This document shows positions 61,074-64,000 of a DNA stretch of 64,000 bases, in pieces. The notes beneath the pieces were generated by a model, which did no database searches, had not been told where the DNA came from, and was given only the letters and a program-made list of their open reading frames with translations. The stretch comes from Patescibacteria group bacterium (GTDB lineage: Bacteria > Patescibacteriota > Microgenomatia > UBA8517), in assembly GCA_026416845.1 (NCBI GenBank), contig JAOAEL010000007.1, forward strand, positions 78-64,077, read 5' to 3'. Position 1 is the stretch's first letter. Each line of letters starts with the position of its first letter. The position numbers were made by a program, and so were the translations under genes.

Positions 61074-61787
61074 TTATTTTGGAAGCATTAATTCAATCCA
61101 TAATTTTGCTAATTCTGCCAAAGTTTTGGCTAATTTATGTGGCTTGAAAAATTGAGAACTGCCATGTTTTCTCTCGTAGTGGTGCACTGATACTTGTCTG
61201 AAAACAGCGCCTTGATTTTGAGCTTTTTTTACAAGTTCCACGCAAATTGCCCCGCTTTTTATTTTCAGATCCAGTTTTTTCACAAGATTTGCTCTTATGA
61301 GTCTGAAATCGCAATCAACATCATAAACCGGTAACCAAAAAGCCCATCTTACGACAAAGCTATAGAAATTGCCCAAAAAAATTCTGTATGTTGGATCTTT
61401 GCGAGCCATTTTCATGCCATTCACGAAATCTACGTCATCTGTCATGAGTTGATACAGAAGTGGCAGTTCTTTTACATCATATTGCCCATCGCCGTCGGTG
61501 TAAAAAATTAAATCTTTTGATGCCGTTTTAAAGCCGCTTATTAGCGCTCCGCCATATCCTTGATTTTTTTCATGAAATACTAGTTTTAGATTTTTATATT
61601 TTTTTTGCAATTTTTTAAGTGTATCCCTGCTTTTATCAGTAGAACCGTCATCTATGACTATAACTTCATAATTATCTGCCAATTTTTTTGCCACGCTAAA
61701 TGCGTCTTCAACTAATTTGCCAATTGAGTGTTCATCGTTATAGCAAGGGAAAAAAATGCTAAGCGATGGTTTTTGGGAAGTGGACAT
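61074..61787 (-). CDS. Family 2 glycosyltransferase (DPM-synthase-like)
   Basis: PCYND, IDDGSTD, NQGYGGA, TDGDGQY. Confidence 0.92.
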   Translation of the reverse strand: MSTSQKPSLSIFFPCYNDEHSIGKLVEDAFSVAKKLADNYEVIVIDDGSTDKSRDTLKKLQKKYKNLKLVFHEKNQGYGGALISGFKTASKDLIFYTDGDGQYDVKELPLLYQLMTDDVDFVNGMKMARKDPTYRIFLGNFYSFVVRWAFWLPVYDVDCDFRLIRANLVKKLDLKIKSGAICVELVKKAQNQGAVFRQVSVHHYERKHGSSQFFKPHKLAKTLAELAKLWIELMLPK

Positions 61788-61904
61788 AATTTTTTGAAAA
61801 ATTGAAATCTAAAGTTGATTATAACTTATTACCATCCTTTTTAGGTGGAAATTTATGTATAAGGCTTGATTAGTAATTTTTAGTGGAATAAATAGAGAAA
61901 CAGA

Positions 61905-64000
61905 GCCTTTTAGTTCCTAACTTTCGATGCACTCAGTTGGTCCGATTGCCTTTTAGTTCCTAACTTTCGATGTGCCACCTCTATCACTAAGCCTTTTAGT
62001 TCCTAACTTTCGATGTAGCAAGAAACACATTTGTGCCTTTTAGTTCCTAACTTTCGATGCCTTGCTCCACTACCGGGGCCTTTTAGTTCCTAACTTTCGA
62101 TGATCCACAAACTCTTCACCGCCTTTTAGTTCCTAACTTTCGATGTTAGCCCCCCTGATTAGATGCCTTTTAGTTCCTAACTTTCGATGTTGAGGTGAAA
62201 GGATTGGCGCCTTTTAGTTCCTAACTTTCGATGCTAAACGAAGGCTTGGACGCCTTTTAGTTCCTAACTTTCGATGTTAATTTTTTCAATTCCTTGCCTT
62301 TTAGTTCCTAACTTTCGATGTCCAGCCACCTCCGGGCACGCCTTTTAGTTCCTAACTTTCGATGTTGGTGATACTGGAAACAAGCCTTTTAGTTCCTAAC
62401 TTTCGATGACTGTTTCACCAAGCCAAAGCCTTTTAGTTCCTAACTTTCGATGCAATTCAAGCAGATGCCTGCCTTTTAGTTCCTAACTTTCGATGCACCT
62501 GCTATGATGACCTGCCTTTTAGTTCCTAACTTTCGATGACAATCAAAGGAGGGTGGGGCCTTTTAGTTCCTAACTTTCGATGTTTCCAACTTTTTCTGCT
62601 CGCCTTTTAGTTCCTAACTTTCGATGAGGAACGTACCCTATGGTAGCCTTTTAGTTCCTAACTTTCGATGTGTACGACTTTGAGGATAGCCTTTTAGTTC
62701 CTAACTTTCGATGTTTTTCATAGCGCCTCCTCGCCTTTTAGTTCCTAACTTTCGATGTATGTCTTATAATCACATGCCTTTTAGTTCCTAACTTTCGATG
62801 AGTGCAAACCCAGTAGGAAGCCTTTTAGTTCCTAACTTTCGATGCCTTTGGGACAGTGACAGGCCTTTTAGTTCCTAACTTTCGATGGACATTTTAGTTG
62901 CGGAGGCCTTTTAGTTCCTAACTTTCGATGAAAAGGAGGGGAACTTACCGCCTTTTAGTTCCTAACTTTCGATGTTAGCGATAATCTCCGCTGCCTTTTA
63001 GTTCCTAACTTTCGATGAAATGCTCAGTGACAGTTTAGCCTTTTAGTTCCTAACTTTCGATGACTGGGTTTGATGGATTTTGCCTTTTAGTTCCTAACTT
63101 TCGATGTTAGCGATACTTTATACTGCCTTTTAGTTCCTAACTTTCGATGCCAACCAAATGAGTGTTTATGCCTTTTAGTTCCTAACTTTCGATGTTCAAC
63201 CAACCCTGCTTGAGCCTTTTAGTTCCTAACTTTCGATGGTCTCCCTCTTTTCCTCTAGCCTTTTAGTTCCTAACTTTCGATGTGCCGATTACTTTTACAA
63301 TGCCTTTTAGTTCCTAACTTTCGATGCAAGGCGGTTACCAATTAGCCTTTTAGTTCCTAACTTTCGATGCCCCGCAAACGCCACGATCGCCTTTTAGTTC
63401 CTAACTTTCGATGCAACGCCGCCGTGAAGGCGCCTTTTAGTTCCTAACTTTCGATGATATGAATTAGGGGCAATGCCTTTTAGTTCCTAACTTTCGATGT
63501 TGCCGTTCAGTTTCCAAGCCTTTTAGTTCCTAACTTTCGATGTGCCAACATTTTGAGTTTTGCCTTTTAGTTCCTAACTTTCGATGTTCTCTTATGTGGA
63601 CGAAAGCCTTTTAGTTCCTAACTTTCGATGGAATTGGAAAAAAATGTAAGCCTTTTAGTTCCTAACTTTCGATGCACTGGAGCAAGTGGTTCGCCTTTTA
63701 GTTCCTAACTTTCGATGAAAAGGCTTTTGAGGTAATGCCTTTTAGTTCCTAACTTTCGATGCTGAAAGAGCGGCAACAAGCCTTTTAGTTCCTAACTTTC
63801 GATGTGTGGGGAATTGACCCTAAGCCTTTTAGTTCCTAACTTTCGATGTGGCATACCATAATTAGTGCCTTTTAGTTCCTAACTTTCGATGTGATCCGAT
63901 TCTGACTAAGCCTTTTAGTTCCTAACTTTCGATGTATGTTTTCAAAAGGACAAGCCTTTTAGTTCCTAACTTTCGATGCTAATTTTGGTATGTCAAGAGC
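61905..64000 (-). CRISPR. CRISPR array with 25-bp repeat and 18-20 nt spacers, type V-D (Cas12d/CasY)-like; continues beyond the window
   Basis: 48 identical copies of GCCTTTTAGTTCCTAACTTTCGATG (61905-63978), plus 'GC' at 63999-64000 as the likely start of a 49th; unique spacers. Reverse complement CATCGAAAGTTAGGAACTAAAAGGC ends in AAGGC; the strand is inferred from that. Confidence 0.97.

Noticed and set aside
61861-61885. Possible degenerate terminal repeat 19 nt left of the first repeat
   Set aside because: Only about half the positions match, mostly A/T in AT-rich DNA
62277-62295. Spacer 9 resembling chromosomal sequence near 59381 (self-targeting)
   Set aside because: Low-complexity A/T run with an indel and mismatches; expected by chance

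Overview
AT-rich bacterial chromosome segment, standard genetic code. The gene content (class I LysRS, DUF192, DUF5679-like protein, compact housekeeping genes, many orphan ORFs) suggests a Patescibacteria/CPR organism, probably Microgenomates-like; this is inference. Housekeeping genes: gltX (3' end), typA, mutS/mutL, truB, uppP, lon, greA, lysS, serS, rarA, secA, tRNA-Gln(CTG), tRNA-Glu(CTC). Accessory content: a predicted ADP-ribosyltransferase-like orphan beside tRNA-Gln; an ApbE/FMN-binding/RnfD-like flavinylation module; a photolyase plus carotenoid cluster lacking crtI; a decayed island at tRNA-Glu bounded by a degenerate tRNA repeat; a PRTase-like orphan; and a metal-homeostasis locus (Cys-free DUF5679-like protein, COG0523 GTPase, Fur/Zur with a 7-1-7 operator, CooC-like ATPase, CysK-rhodanese fusion, YibE/F). 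The most striking feature is a CRISPR array from 61905 that runs off the right edge: 48 identical 25-bp repeats with very short 18-20 nt spacers. The repeat resembles type V-D (Cas12d/CasY) repeats, but no cas gene lies in the window.
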